Source: Mobula hypostoma (lineage: Eukaryota). From it: a DNA stretch of 64,000 nt. The notes beneath the pieces are model-generated. The model worked only from the letters and a program-made list of their open reading frames with translations. It made no database searches and had not been told where the DNA came from. The position numbers were made by a program, and so were the translations under genes. The stretch lies in assembly GCF_963921235.1 (NCBI RefSeq), contig NC_086097.1:229526001-229590000 (forward strand), written 5' to 3'. Positions 12,331 to 25,059 of the stretch are shown in pieces; the first letter of the stretch is position 1; the number at the start of each line of letters is the position of its first letter.

Positions 12331-12681
12331 GTACACAAGAAGGATAAAAAATACAAATGTATGGTTTGCAAAAAGTTTTTCACTCTAGCAGCCAGTGTTG
12401 GAATTAGGCACGGATCTCGAAGATACGGCGTGTGTTTGGATTGTTCTGGTGGTGATAGACAGACAAAAGGTGACCATGATGGTATGGACCTTATGGTTGA
12501 TCCAGAATTTTTTAAAGAGCAGCAAGAAGAACAGGATGACCCAGGTGGACTGGAACAAGAAGAAAATGAGAGAATGGTTGGTGAAGATGTACCAGATGAA
12601 GAAGGAGCAGGGGATATCGATAGAGAGCAGTGGGAAGATGCTGGGGCTAGTGAGACATATGTCATATTAGATAATGACTAG
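12331..12681 (+). CDS. ZBTB10: ZBTB10 last coding exon
   Basis: Branch point gACTAAC (12304-12310), polypyrimidine tract and cAG acceptor. Translates VHKKDKKYKCMVCKKFFTLAASVGIRHGSRRYGVCLDC followed by an acidic tail ...YVILDND*. In frame with the previous exon. Confidence 0.93.
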   Translation, partial: VHKKDKKYKCMVCKKFFTLAASVGIRHGSRRYGVCLDCSGGDRQTKGDHDGMDLMVDPEFFKEQQEEQDDPGGLEQEENERMVGEDVPDEEGAGDIDREQWEDAGASETYVILDND

Positions 12682-14544
12682 CTGGTTCTTCAGCCCTTGT
12701 GCTGTAAAACTAAAAAGTGTAATTATGTTTCTTCACTGTATTGGCAAACTATGAATTTTATTTGAATTGCAATGATTATGGATTGGCAACAAAACACTAA
12801 ATTTTTCATATTTTTCTGATAGCTGTAATTATTGGATAATTGATATTTTAATGATTGTAGTTAGTGGTTTCACCACAGTAATGATGGAAGAGTCTTGGAG
12901 TCAGTGATGGGCAATTCCTTATTATAACCGAAACTGATATAACCATGTTCTTTTCCCACAAATCTAACTAAACAAGAAAGTATTAAGCAAAAATGTAGTG
13001 GTGTGCGACCTGAAGTGTCGAATCAAGCAGAAACCATCTCACTGACTGGTATACAAAAGAAACTAAGACCACAGACTATCTTGTAACAGGAGAAGGCCAT
13101 CAAACACAAACAAACATCATTTCTTCAATGGTGAACCCTGGGTTTACCTTTTTGCTTCTTTCAAATGAAAACATCCACTTGTTCCTTGAAACCATGTGCT
13201 TTTTTTAAAGTCACTAGCATTTCCTGATAATTAATGCACAGCTAACATTACCTTTTGGGTGAAACAGATTTGCAAACTACTGTTAATTCCTCTCATTCCT
13301 CAATCGTCCTTCATATTCCTTCACGTCAGTGTTTGCTAAAATAGTTGATCAGGTTTAGTCGTGACAATGTCATCTTGGGTCATCTTAAATTCATGTTTTT
13401 ATCCAAAGAAAATTTTGTTGCTCTTTTTTTTCAGCCTTTCAACTCAACCCCCTGTACTCAGGATCTTTGTTCACCTTTCAACTTTCTTGGAAGCAGTATT
13501 TTTCTTTCCATGAAAGGCAAGCAATTTAGACAATATTGCAATTGGAGCTTGACTATCCCCAGATGAAACTGTAATAGTGGAATGAACAGGGTTTGAAATT
13601 TCTGAAGGATTGGACTTGGAATTTGATGTCTGGAGTATTGGTTTATTCTATGCATTTTCAAGGCTCAACCTTGCAGGCAAGAAAGCCAATTATTATATAG
13701 GTGCTAGTAACTTTAAACTTTTGAAGTGTTTGTGTGTCACTTAAAATGAGCAAAGTCAGCATTCAATCTTACTGCATTCCAGAGAGAAGTTATCTGCAGT
13801 ATATATGGCACCTTCACTAAGTGCTGTTTGTGGCATTTAAGCAAAAGAAATTCATGATACAACATCATTAATGAAGACCATGCTTTATAGTCTTATTTCT
13901 GTGAACTGAGAGGAAACAATTTGATGTGTACGTTTAAGCTGGTAATTTACTTGTTCTGAGACAGACAAGGTCTGTGTCATAATGAATAAATTAGACACCA
14001 GTATAACTGAATTCGGATTAACTGAAAAGCAGTGAATAGTATTTTCTCCCTTTTACAGGAGAAGATGTCATGTTTGGGTATGGTGTACACAAAACAGTGT
14101 GCGTGCTACTTGATGAACTACGTAATATCCAGTTTGCATGCTCATCCTTAGCATTCTTGAGTCTGAAATTCTTTATGCACTACATTATGAAATGCCACTA
14201 TGTGTTAGTGGTTTTGCAAAGAAAACACTTCGACTTGGTCCATCAATTTACCTGCTATTGAGTATGACTTTTGTTTTACACGTTGAGTAAGGCTGCTGAT
14301 ACTTTTGTTTCCAACACCCTTCAGTTGGCTGTTTTATTTAAAACTGATCCATTGTGGAAGGAAGAATTGCTGGGATGGTGAAGAGGAAGATTGTTGAATC
14401 TAACAGGGCAATTTGCAAATTACCCACTTTTCAAGTATATTAAGCCAGATCATTGTGAAATAACTGACAAATTCTTGAATTACACCTAAATTATTTGAAG
14501 AGTGTTAAAATATAGCTGCTTCAAAAGGCATGAGTAAAAACAGA

Positions 14545-14640
14545 AAATTATTGAAATACTCAGCAGGTCAGGCAGCATCTTCTTAGAGAAAAGAATGAGT
14601 TAATGTTTTAGGTTGATGAACTTTCATCGGAACTGGTGAA
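14545..14640 (-). mobile_element. Old short PLE-3'-end-derived repeat with decayed hammerhead motif
   Basis: actcagcaggtcaggcagcatct...ctttcatcggaactgg resembles the reverse complement of the PLE terminus at 9775-9860. Confidence 0.55.
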
Positions 14641-15814
14641 TGTATATGCAGTTGAAAGAGTTTGAGTGTGTTACTTTAATCCAGCCATTTTGGACGGTGG
14701 GTATAGTAGAAATTAGAAACATTAAGTCCTTTATAAAACCCAAGTTGCTTTATTTCCCAATGGAAGTACACTAGCCAAAGCTACAACAATGCTTTTGAGT
14801 ACTCTCATATCTAATGACAGTGATTCATTTGAAGTCATACACTTTTGCTATGTATTCAAAACCATTAAGCTACAGTTACAATCAGTAAACCCTTACCCCA
14901 GTTTTGTAGTTGAGACTATTCTTGATTTCTTCTTGATACTTTTGATCAGTGCTTCTGTATCTTGGAGTAGGAATTGATTTCAAAAACCTGTGCTTTCTAT
15001 ACCAAAAAATCATGTGCTGTCATTGTTTTGAGAATGCTCTGGAACACTGAAACAGAAATATAAGTTCAATTATTAGTGAAAAGAGAACTATTAGGAATAG
15101 AAACCATTAAAGATGGGTATTTTTAGTTGACGTTTAATGTTATTGTAAATGAGCACATCAAGCAAGTGACATCTTGATCAGGTGAGTTTTTCAGCACATG
15201 GCTGTGTCAATTTCTATTTCACCTTTCTCATCTCAAATTTCCAACTGTATTGGATGAATAACTGTTTCACCAAATGAAGTAGCAGCAACTTAATTGGAGA
15301 CTGCAGCACTGGAGAAAATGAAATAGGGACTGGTAGTTTAAAAGGTAATTGTCAGAATCAGGTTTATTATCACTGTCTTATGTGATACAAAGATTGCTGT
15401 TTAGTGGCAGCAGTACAAGGGCAGCAGGAGGTTATGTTCTGTAAAATTTCCTTCACTCTGTTTTTGTATTCTGGAAAGCTGTGTCCTCAGCATTTCAGCT
15501 ATTTAAATTTTTGGGTCTTAACTGCACTAATCTGATGATCCTGAGGTAGTGTGAAACGGGCACCTTGAGTAAATGTAGAGGCACATCAAAGGTGATACTG
15601 ACACTACTCAAAAAGACTTCCACAGACTTCTTGAACTGGATTTTCTGGAATTGATTGGAAATGTGATTAGTGGCTGATGCTGTACTGAATCAACTAATTT
15701 GGGGAAGATTAAACCATGGGCCCAAGACAGTACCATATAAAATGCAGTATTTCCTTATTTGGCTATTGGATTGTACTTTAAGAAGGACAGAGATAACTTT
15801 GAGGTACTACAGAG

Positions 15815-15920
15815 AGTGGAAATCCAGAGCAACGTGCTGAAGGAGCTCAGTAGGTCAGACAGCATCAATGGATGGGAGTAAACAGTCGATGTTTCGGGCC
15901 AAGACCCTTCATCAGGACTG
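15815..15920 (-). mobile_element. Short PLE-3'-end-derived repeat containing a near-intact hammerhead (15883-15920)
   Basis: Minus strand CAGTC-CTGATGA-A-GGGT-CTTG-GCCC-GAAA-CATC-GACTG; flanks match the PLE terminus. Confidence 0.75.
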
Positions 15921-18900
15921 AGGTAATTCTGTGTATGTATGAACTTCTGTAAGTTCTGCATACAGACATGAAGAAGTTGATTTAAAATGGGCTTGCTGAA
16001 CCTTTTGATTAATAATGCAGAATGGCTTATTACACCTTTTACATTATGTTTCTAACGACTGAAGGAAGTTTAGCTCAATATTTTACTGCTTCCTTGCCAG
16101 TTTCAGTAGTCCATTTAGGTTTTGTCACTGGTGTCATCACGATTTAACATATCTATTTGACTAGAAATTTTCAAGCCAAATAAGAGGCAACTTGGTAGCC
16201 TTTGTCCATATTTACGTCTTTTTAATATTTTAGAATTTTGAAGAATGTGTTACCTTTTTTAATGCTAGAGGCAGTTTTATGGAAAGTTAAGATCAAGATA
16301 ATTTAGAATTGTATGAAGTTAATTCTTTATACAATCTTTACTATTTATACTATTACACATTTTGGTATTAATGCACTTTACCATGTTTGGAAACAGGACA
16401 GAGTGATGTCACTGCATTGACAATTGTGCATGTTAGAGTAAACTTTTGCCTTGGCTCTGATAAAACTATAGATATTGCCTTTTAAATGTTTGAGGCCCCT
16501 TAATGTTCATTCTGCACAGCCAACCATCCCTGCCCCACCAAGAATGTAGTGCTGTCTCTTGGATCATTTTAGCCCTTTTTTTATTTATGGTCTGACAATA
16601 ATTGTTTTTATTTATTTCTTAGACTTTTTAATGTTAAGGTTTCCATCTGCTATCTGCAAACTGACATTCAGCCATTTATCTTCCTTTGTTCTTTGTTAAT
16701 GTTTGTAATGGTTTGGTGTGCTTCAATGCTATTAAGCCCCTGCACCTCAGCCAGAATATTTTAGAGTTGCAAGCATCATTTTGTGAGATTATTAATGCAC
16801 TAATGTTGATACAGAAGGGAACTATTAGTCTTTATAATCTACTTTTCCTTTATTGGATCCTCCCTGTTGAAATAACATGATAGTTTCACTATGGGACATT
16901 ATTATACATTACTGGAAAGAATTACTTAGTCTTGAAGGTGTTGGTGCATATTGGAATGGTCTGTACTAAAAATGGATACTTCTATAAAGCAAATTATTTT
17001 ACAGTCATAAGACTAGTGCCACTGTAATTCAGGCCGTGGTTAGTAAGATATATTTTTCTGATCCAAAAGATGAACCATGATCCAACTTCCTCAGCTTAGA
17101 TCTCAGTAACCATAATTACCAAAGAATTCTGACAAAATACAGTATTATGGTTATTCAAGAGATTGTGAGATAATTATTCTGAAAAGCAAATTGTACAATT
17201 CTAAGTCTTTTTTTTGTAGATACTTCTAGTTTTATCATTTCAGTTTATTAAAGCGATTTTATTATTTAAAGGGCAAAAGAATTGTTTTCAAATATTCCAC
17301 ATGAATGAAATACTTAAATATGACTTAGATCAAACAGTTAGATGTTATTTATATCAAGGATTGTGTCTTTGGCTGTAATTTTCCATTTGATGTCAACAGG
17401 TATTTATAGTTGAAATTGGGTACAGCAAACTAACTGATTTAGATTAAACCTTTTCAATTTTGTATTTGACACACTTCAAGGATATGGGGCTAAACAAGGT
17501 TTAGAAATATCAGAGACCCAAGAATTGTGCCCTGTGAGGATTTGCCCGCCACTGATTATTATGAAACATAGCATTCTATTGTTTAAGGTAGTTGTGTGTC
17601 TAATCCATAAACAAAGTTTATTATTGTATATGTGATCAGCAAGTCTGACAATTTGTAACTCTGCAGGTTATGTTAATTATCCATGAGACAAAATTAATAA
17701 GCTGTGCTTTTGGAAAGTAATTTTTGCAGACCTTTAAACATAGTACATTTTTGTTCCCATTCTTGTTTCCTACCAGTTATTTATATAGTATAATGGATTT
17801 ATTTCCACTGTATAGACTGCTGTGTGTAATAAATATCTGTAGTTAATAGTGGCAGCATAAAGCAGCTGATTTATTTATATGAGGAAGGAGAAGATAGGGA
17901 GGATTTCAGGACTAGAAAAATAAGGTAATTGAATCTTCACATGCAATATTGACAAAATCCAAATTGTAGAAAGTCAACTGCCCTTGTCGTAAACCTCTGA
18001 ATTTAATTATGGATATCATAATTGGCTGTGGAATTTACCTCAGATTTAGGAGTTATGACTTTCAAATAACAGATTGGTTGATTTGTTCAGCTGAATTTTG
18101 ATGATGGGATTATTTCTTGATTTCACTCAGTGTGTAGACCAAACGTGCTGTTCTGCAATAATGGAATTTTTTTTTGTACCAAAAGAGGAGGGGGGATATT
18201 GTGTAAGGGCACCGATATGTTGATATTAAGTTATAATAAATGATATTAAGTCACTTAAGAATTGACTTGGGAGCCATTTCTGTAAGGTAGGAAGAGCTTC
18301 TGGATATGCATCACCTTCAACTGATGCAGCGTAACACAAGTTCAAATTAATTTTTTTTAAAATACTTTATACAAATAATATATATACACTGTAGCAACTA
18401 TATATTTTCCTATTAGAGTGATTGCAGCTCAGTTAAGAAAAACATTCATTCTTGAGAGATTAATAGTCCTCAAACATTTGTGTTTTGTTTTGAAGTTACT
18501 TAATAGTTAGGGGCAGAGGATTTTCTTTGCAAAAATGATTTATAAATGAATTTGGGATCAAAAGCGCAATAGTGAATGTTTAATTCGTTGGGTTGAAGCT
18601 AGAACATCCACTATTAAATGGAAGCCCTAATTTAACTGTATTCTCATTTTCTGGCAATAGTAGATGACATGGTTAAGGGATAAAATCATTCAAATGTGTG
18701 TGTGTTGAGCCAGAAAGAAGGAACAGTCGTAATTTTAATGGAAAACCCAACTGTACTTCAGATACCTAAAATTAGCATTGTATCACTACCTTCACAACAA
18801 ACACTATAGGTTTCATTACACACTGGTAGTGGTAGCAGTAACCCAGAAGATGAATTTTTCAATTCAGTATAGAGATCAATAGAAAATAAAATCCATTGCC

Positions 18901-21573
18901 TGAATTCAAAACAATTATATGCATTAACACCTACATAATTGCCTATTGGAGGTTTTAATCTTGCTGTACTGCTGTAGTACCTAAGGATTGTTTTTCTGTA
19001 AACACTGACTGAGAACTATGCATGTTAATTTTCAAAACCCAGATCAACAGTATAACAATTTCTTTTTCTTGTGAGTGTCAAAATGTGGCACCATGTACAC
19101 ATTCTTAGTTGCTTTTTGTACCTAACTCTGTAGTTTTGAAGCACTGAACAGAAGAAAAAAATTATTATGTATGCGACACGTTACCAAGGCAGAATCTTTG
19201 TTTCTCTATGCTTGTATGTAAAAATTATGGAAATATTTTTCCTTTGGAAAATATTAATTAATAAGTTGTGTGTTTCTAATTTTGGAACTTGTTAAAGAAA
19301 CTCCAAGCTCTAAATCAATATTCAATACACTGAGGTCTGCTGAATATTGTTCTTGCACTATATTATTTCAGTTACAGACTAATGCAACTTCAGCATCTTA
19401 ACTTTGCATTTTGCTCGTGATTAAACCAAAGTCATTTTCTCTTGATTTTGTTAAGAATAAGTTAAACCTCAGGAAGTAGACCAAAGTGGTGTTGTAAAAA
19501 AAACAGATAAGGGTTGGGGGAAACTGGGAAATGGAGAAACTGTCCACTTAAAATCATGTTAAATATTCTATGATACTAGTCAAATAAATATGAGGGGTTC
19601 TATCAGCTTCTGTGATCATTCCTTCTGCACCCAATAACATTTTAAAAAATTGGTCATCTCAATGTTGTTTGTGGAATTCAGTTATGAACAAATACTGCCT
19701 AACAGTTAGTGTAGTATTAGTGATTCACTTTCTGTGAATTCCACTGTGACACTTGAAACTTATGATGTTACAGTGTGTGTAAAAACATTTTTCTTAATCT
19801 GATTTTCTTCATACAAATCTAAACACATAACCAGAAGATATACTTCCTTGTATCCAGAAGTACATAGCCTTATGCAGCCAGATGGAAGAATATGTCTGAG
19901 TAATTAATGGCTGAACTCAGATAAGACGAAACATTTAGTTTGCAACCTCCTTTTATTTTTGAAGTGGAATGTTAAAATTTAAGTTAAGGCCCAGGAGTGT
20001 TCTGTGTATTAAATAAGTTGTACTAAAGCCTGGACTTTCTTTAAAAAGATTATTTTGAGTAAATAAGTTTATTCCTTTTCTCCAAACCTCATGTTTCTCC
20101 AAAGGCCTCAGGGTAACTATGAATACATGAATTATGGATATGAGATAAAAAAAAATTCACTTTAAATAATGAAAAATGGTTCTGTGTTGCACATTCTTTT
20201 TTTTCTTATTACTAATTTTCTTTTAGATTTGATGTGATTTAATATGTAAATTTGATAAATGATCAGTTTGTAGATTGTATGCAGTAAACTGTAAATTCTT
20301 TTTGTAAAGACTTAACTATTATTGGTGACTATTTTTGCTTGTCTAAGCTGGTGCTATACATGTACTGAACTCAACACAAATGTTGAATGATTTGTTTTGA
20401 TATTTTGGATCTTTAATCACACTTTCATGTTTCACCATTGAATAAGAACATGATTTTAATCAGAGCTGTGTTGAATTTGTGATTTCCACTGTCAATGCAG
20501 ACAATTAGTGTGTCTCATGTATTGAAGTGGCTGATTCTGAGAATGTATTAAATCATGTTCTGGGAACAGAGTTGATCTTTAAGCTTAAATTTTAGCAATA
20601 TTAGAAGGGTTGGTTATGTTCAAGTGAATTTTTAGAAAAATTATTTCCTCCTTCATACTCAACTATGGTCCCTGTACCTTCAGCTGCCATGGCCTTAAAT
20701 TTCAGAAGTTCCTGCTTAAACATTTTCAAGTCTTGACCAACTTCCATCTTTTTAAAATGCTCCTTAAAGACATACTCCCATTTGAGTATGTTTTTGATCA
20801 TCTACCACATTGCTCTTGTGTGCCTTACCATCATCGGATTTTAGCTTGATATGTTCCACCAAGTGCCTTGGGATTAATTTGCTGTTTTAAAGGTGCTATA
20901 TAAATGGAAGTTGTTCATGTTCTGCAATATGCAGTTGTTTACTTTCTGCTTTGTTTCATTTATTTCATACTAATAGAATTTATGCTTGATACCTGCAAGT
21001 GTACATTATGAGCAAGGAGCAGTTAAAGTATGTTTGTGTTGAAGGATAACAAGTGCAATTTAAAGGTATGAATGAGTGGGGCAGTGGGTGGAAGTATTCA
21101 GAAGAATGGGAGTATATGTAGAACAATGAATCGTAAGGTCAGTACTGAAATTACATTAAAATATGACTCAATAATGGATGTATAAAATGTGTATAGTCAA
21201 TCTGATTTTCAGAAAGGCAAAATACGCCAGCATTCTTATTTTGGATACCATTTCCCAACTAGACAAGAAAAGCATTTTGATAAACAATCTCTATCCAAAA
21301 TTTCAAATGCTCATTCCTAGTCATCAATGGAAAAAAGGCAGCAGGTTGAGGTGGTGTTGGGTGGTAATGTTGGCAGTGAAACACTGAGCTGTTAATGTAA
21401 TGGAGAATCGTCTATATTGAGTTGGTTTTACCATGTCAATTTGAAAATACTGTTCTGAATCTGGCTCTAGCCATAAACAGGACACGTTTCCAGGAGTTAA
21501 GCCCAATTTCAGGCAATTAGTATGGAGTTTTTGGTTATTTATACTCAGGCTACTTGCAAGTTTTGAAACGGAC

Positions 21574-21713
21574 AATAAAATTACCTTTTTGTAACAAGGT
21601 TCTTTAGCTGTATTAATAAATACACAGGTTATTACTTTAGAGTTGAAGTTTTCTTAAAAAAATGCAAGGGAGAAATAAACAATCACATTTTGAAATGTTC
21701 TATTGTGTTGGTT
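21574..21713 (+). terminator. Candidate polyadenylation region of ZBTB10
   Basis: AATAAA at 21574, 21615 and 21674; the last is followed by GU-rich tgttctattgtgttggtt. Confidence 0.4.
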
Positions 21714-22722
21714 CCTGGAAGAATTTCAGTTTGCGATAATGCAATTACAAACTTAAATTGTAATGTTATTTCAGAAAACCGGCATACTTTTTGTCCAGAT
21801 ATTTGACTTTATCCCAGGCATGAAGAACTTGTTCAGACTAAAAAATCATTTGCAATGCTTGCATTGTTCCTGCTGTGGAACAGATGGACAGAAGACAAAA
21901 TGGGATATTTTTATTTGAAAGCACTGTGAAGTCACATTCACAGTGACAGATGTAGGAGTGAGAGTGAATATTAATTGTAAACCAGATAATTCAAGATAAA
22001 CATAACATAATAGTTACCTTGTGTAAGTCAATGGAAAAGGAAATGGCTTCTTTCACATAAAGAAGATTGGAATTGGAAAAGCAACCATACAGATCTACAG
22101 CATATAAAAAGACATTAGCACAGGGTTACTAGTTCTGACACTAACAGAACAATGACAATCTTATTCTAGTGCCATGTTCTATAGTTTTGTATCTACATCT
22201 ACTTTTAAGTATTGACTTTTTAAAAAGCACATCCTGCTAGCTACTTATGCCTTTGTGCAAAATATGCCATGGTGGAAAATCCAGTGGAGGGAGAAGTTAA
22301 GAATCCTTTCATGTTAAAGGTTTAAAGCTGTAAATTGATCATCTCAAATTTTCTTCCCCGATGGAAGTATTTCCCTATTCTCATTCATTAATATCATATG
22401 TGTAAACTGTTATTTTTACACAAAGCACAAATCTAGTTCTGGCAAGGATTGGTAAAATTGCCTTGTCAGTGTCACCACATGCAAGAATGCTTTAAAACTC
22501 ACTAACATTTTAAGACATTTCAAATTGCTTCTTAGCCTTTAATCCAAAAAAAATTGTTCTAATGGTTCATTACTGTCATGTATACCAAGATACAGTGGAA
22601 AGATTGTCTTGCATGCTGTTCATGTAGATCAAATCATTACACAGTACTTTGAACTACAATAAGGTAAACCAGGAAGTGTAGAATAAAGTGTAAAAGCTAC
22701 CAAAGAAAGTGCAGTGCAGGTA

Positions 22723-24220
22723 CAATTGCAAGAAAAAAGTTTGTGAACCCTTGGCAATTACCTGTTTTTCTGCATTAACTACTCATAAAATGTGGTCTGA
22801 TCTTCATCTAAGTCACAATACTAGACAAACACAATCTGCCTAATCTAATAACGTACAAACAAATGTACTCATCAGTTTTGAGTACACCATTTAAAAAACT
22901 CAATCTTGGTTCAAAAGAAATATGTGAACCTCTGGGGTAATGTCTTTAAAAACAAAAACAATTTGGAGTCCGTTGTTCCAATCAATGAGATTGGAGGTAT
23001 GTGTTGTAGAGGTACCCTGTCCTATATTTAAAAAAAGACACGCAAAGGTTACTGAGGGCCTGCTTTGCTCAAGAAAGATCTGTATGGACACCATGCCTCG
23101 ATCAAAACAACTTTCAGAGGTCCTTGGAAGAAGACTTGTAAAGATGCATGAGGGCTACAAAAGCATTTCTAAAGACCTGGGTGTTCATCAGATCAGAGTA
23201 AGAGAAACTCTGCAAATGGAAGTATTCCATATTCTTGCTACTCTCTCCCTAGGAGTGGGTGTCCTGCAAAGACCATACCAACAGCACAATGCAATGAAGG
23301 AGGTGGTGTAAAAGTACCCAACAGTAACAGCAAAAGACCTGCATAAATCTCTAGAACTTGCTAAAGTCTGTTCATATGCCTACTATAAGAACAACACTGA
23401 ACAAGAACAGTGTTCATTGAAGAACACCAGGGAAAAAACCACTACTCTCCAAAAAAAATGCACGTCTCAAGTTTGCAAAAGGCCACCTGGATGTTCCACT
23501 ATGTTTTGTGGACAGATGAGACAAAAGTTGAACTTTTTGGCAGAAATGCACACTACTATATTTGGGGGAAAGGGTGGTATTGCACATCAACACCAAAACC
23601 TCACCCTAACTGTTAAGCATGATGGAAGTAGAGTCATGGTTTGGGGCTGCTTCACTGCCCCAGGGCCTGCAATCATAGAGGGACCAATGAATTCAAAATT
23701 GTATAAAGACATTTTACAGGAGAATGAAGCTTAATCGAAGTTGGATGATGCAACAAAACAATGATCCAAAACACAAAAGTAAATCAACACTAATGGTTTA
23801 AAAAGAACATTTTTGAATGGGAATGGCCAAGTCAGTCTAGACCTTAACCTAGTTGAGATGCTGTGGCATGACCTGAAGAAGGCTATTTATGCAAGGTATC
23901 CCTGAAATATTGATGAACTGAAACAGTCTGTATGGAGGAATGATCTAAAATTCCTCTTCACCATTTGGTGAAGGTTATTGGTGCTAAGGGAGATTCTACT
24001 AGTTATTAAATACACATACTTTTTCCAGCCTGGACTGCAAATGATTAAACAATGTGTTCAATAAAGACATGAAAAGTACAATAGTTTGTGTGTTATTAGG
24101 TTAGGTAGATTGAGTTTGTCTATTATTGTAAGTAAAATGAAGATCAGACCACATTTTATGAGTAATGAATGCTGAAAAGTAGGAAATTGCAAAGGGGTCA
24201 CAAACTTTTGCTTGCAACTG
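22723..24220 (+). mobile_element. Full-length degenerate Tc1-family DNA transposon with ~200-bp TIRs
   Basis: TA-CAATTGCAAGAAAAAAGTTTGTGAACCC ... GGGGTCACAAACTTTTGCTTGCAACTG-TA. Transposase remnants from ATG 23093: MPRSKQLSE, WTDETKVELFG, VMVWGCF, QQNNDPKH, WPSQSLDLNLVEMLW. Multiple frameshifts. Confidence 0.93.
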
Positions 24221-25059
24221 TAAATTATAGTGTAAGGTAAATTGTGAGACCAGAAGTCCATTTTATAGTACAAGAGGTCTGTTCAGGAGTCGGATAATAA
24301 TGGGATATAAGCTACCTTTGAGCTTGGTCTTATGTGCTTTCAAATATTTCTATCATCTGCCTGAGGAAAATGGAGAGAATTGAGAATGTCTGGGCTGGAT
24401 GGGGTCCTTGAGTTTGCTGGCTGCTTTACTGCATAGTATATGTCTACTAATTTACCAGCTCTTAGATTATTCACGTTTATCAGAAACAAATCATCAACAG
24501 TAGTAATCCATTCTGCCCTTTGTATTTGCTGATCCACATATCCTTTAAAGCATTAAGAAATACTCTTATTTTATTAAAAATGTGTAACAACTTTGCCTCC
24601 ACTGCTTCCTGTGGCAGAGAATTCTAAGTGTTACTGTCTTTAAGACTTTGTGTCTTTTTTTTATTAGATAGGATAGTGACTTTAATGTGCAGTTGAAGTT
24701 GTGTTATCTCAGTTTTATAAATAACAAACTAGGTTTTCTATGTTTCTAAGAAATGGATGTTGAAATGTAGAAACTTTGGGAGGGTACAGAGTAACAACTT
24801 ATTAACTAGGTTTTAAATGCGCAGAAAATGTAACCTAAAGTTTGCAGAACAGAGCAAGCCCAGACTTAAATTAGCAGTCTTTATTTGAATACAGATAGCA
24901 TTTGCAATAATATGTCTTGACAGTACAGATAGCTTTTAGATCAAATTCATAAGTTGCTGTTATAGAGATGTTGCAGGGTGACCAGGACTAGGCTATACAA
25001 TGTTCCAAGTGAAACAAAGCGTGGAGTAATAGAAGATAGAGTACCAACTGACCAATTTG

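Larger units (their letters stand above)
12682..21700 (+). other. ZBTB10: Putative long 3' UTR of ZBTB10
   Basis: AT-rich, no credible ORF, nearly free of LINE insertions; ends at a cluster of AATAAA signals. The true end is unknown (earlier AATAAA e.g. 13985, 17828). Confidence 0.5.

Noticed and set aside
12306..12665. 119-aa Ser-rich antisense ORF over the ZBTB10 last exon
   Set aside because: Shadow of the Glu/Asp-rich sense codons.
20601..20801. 66-aa minus ORF with mildly coiled-coil-like composition
   Set aside because: Lies beyond the stop codon of the minus-strand gene, has no convincing splice context and is short enough to be random.
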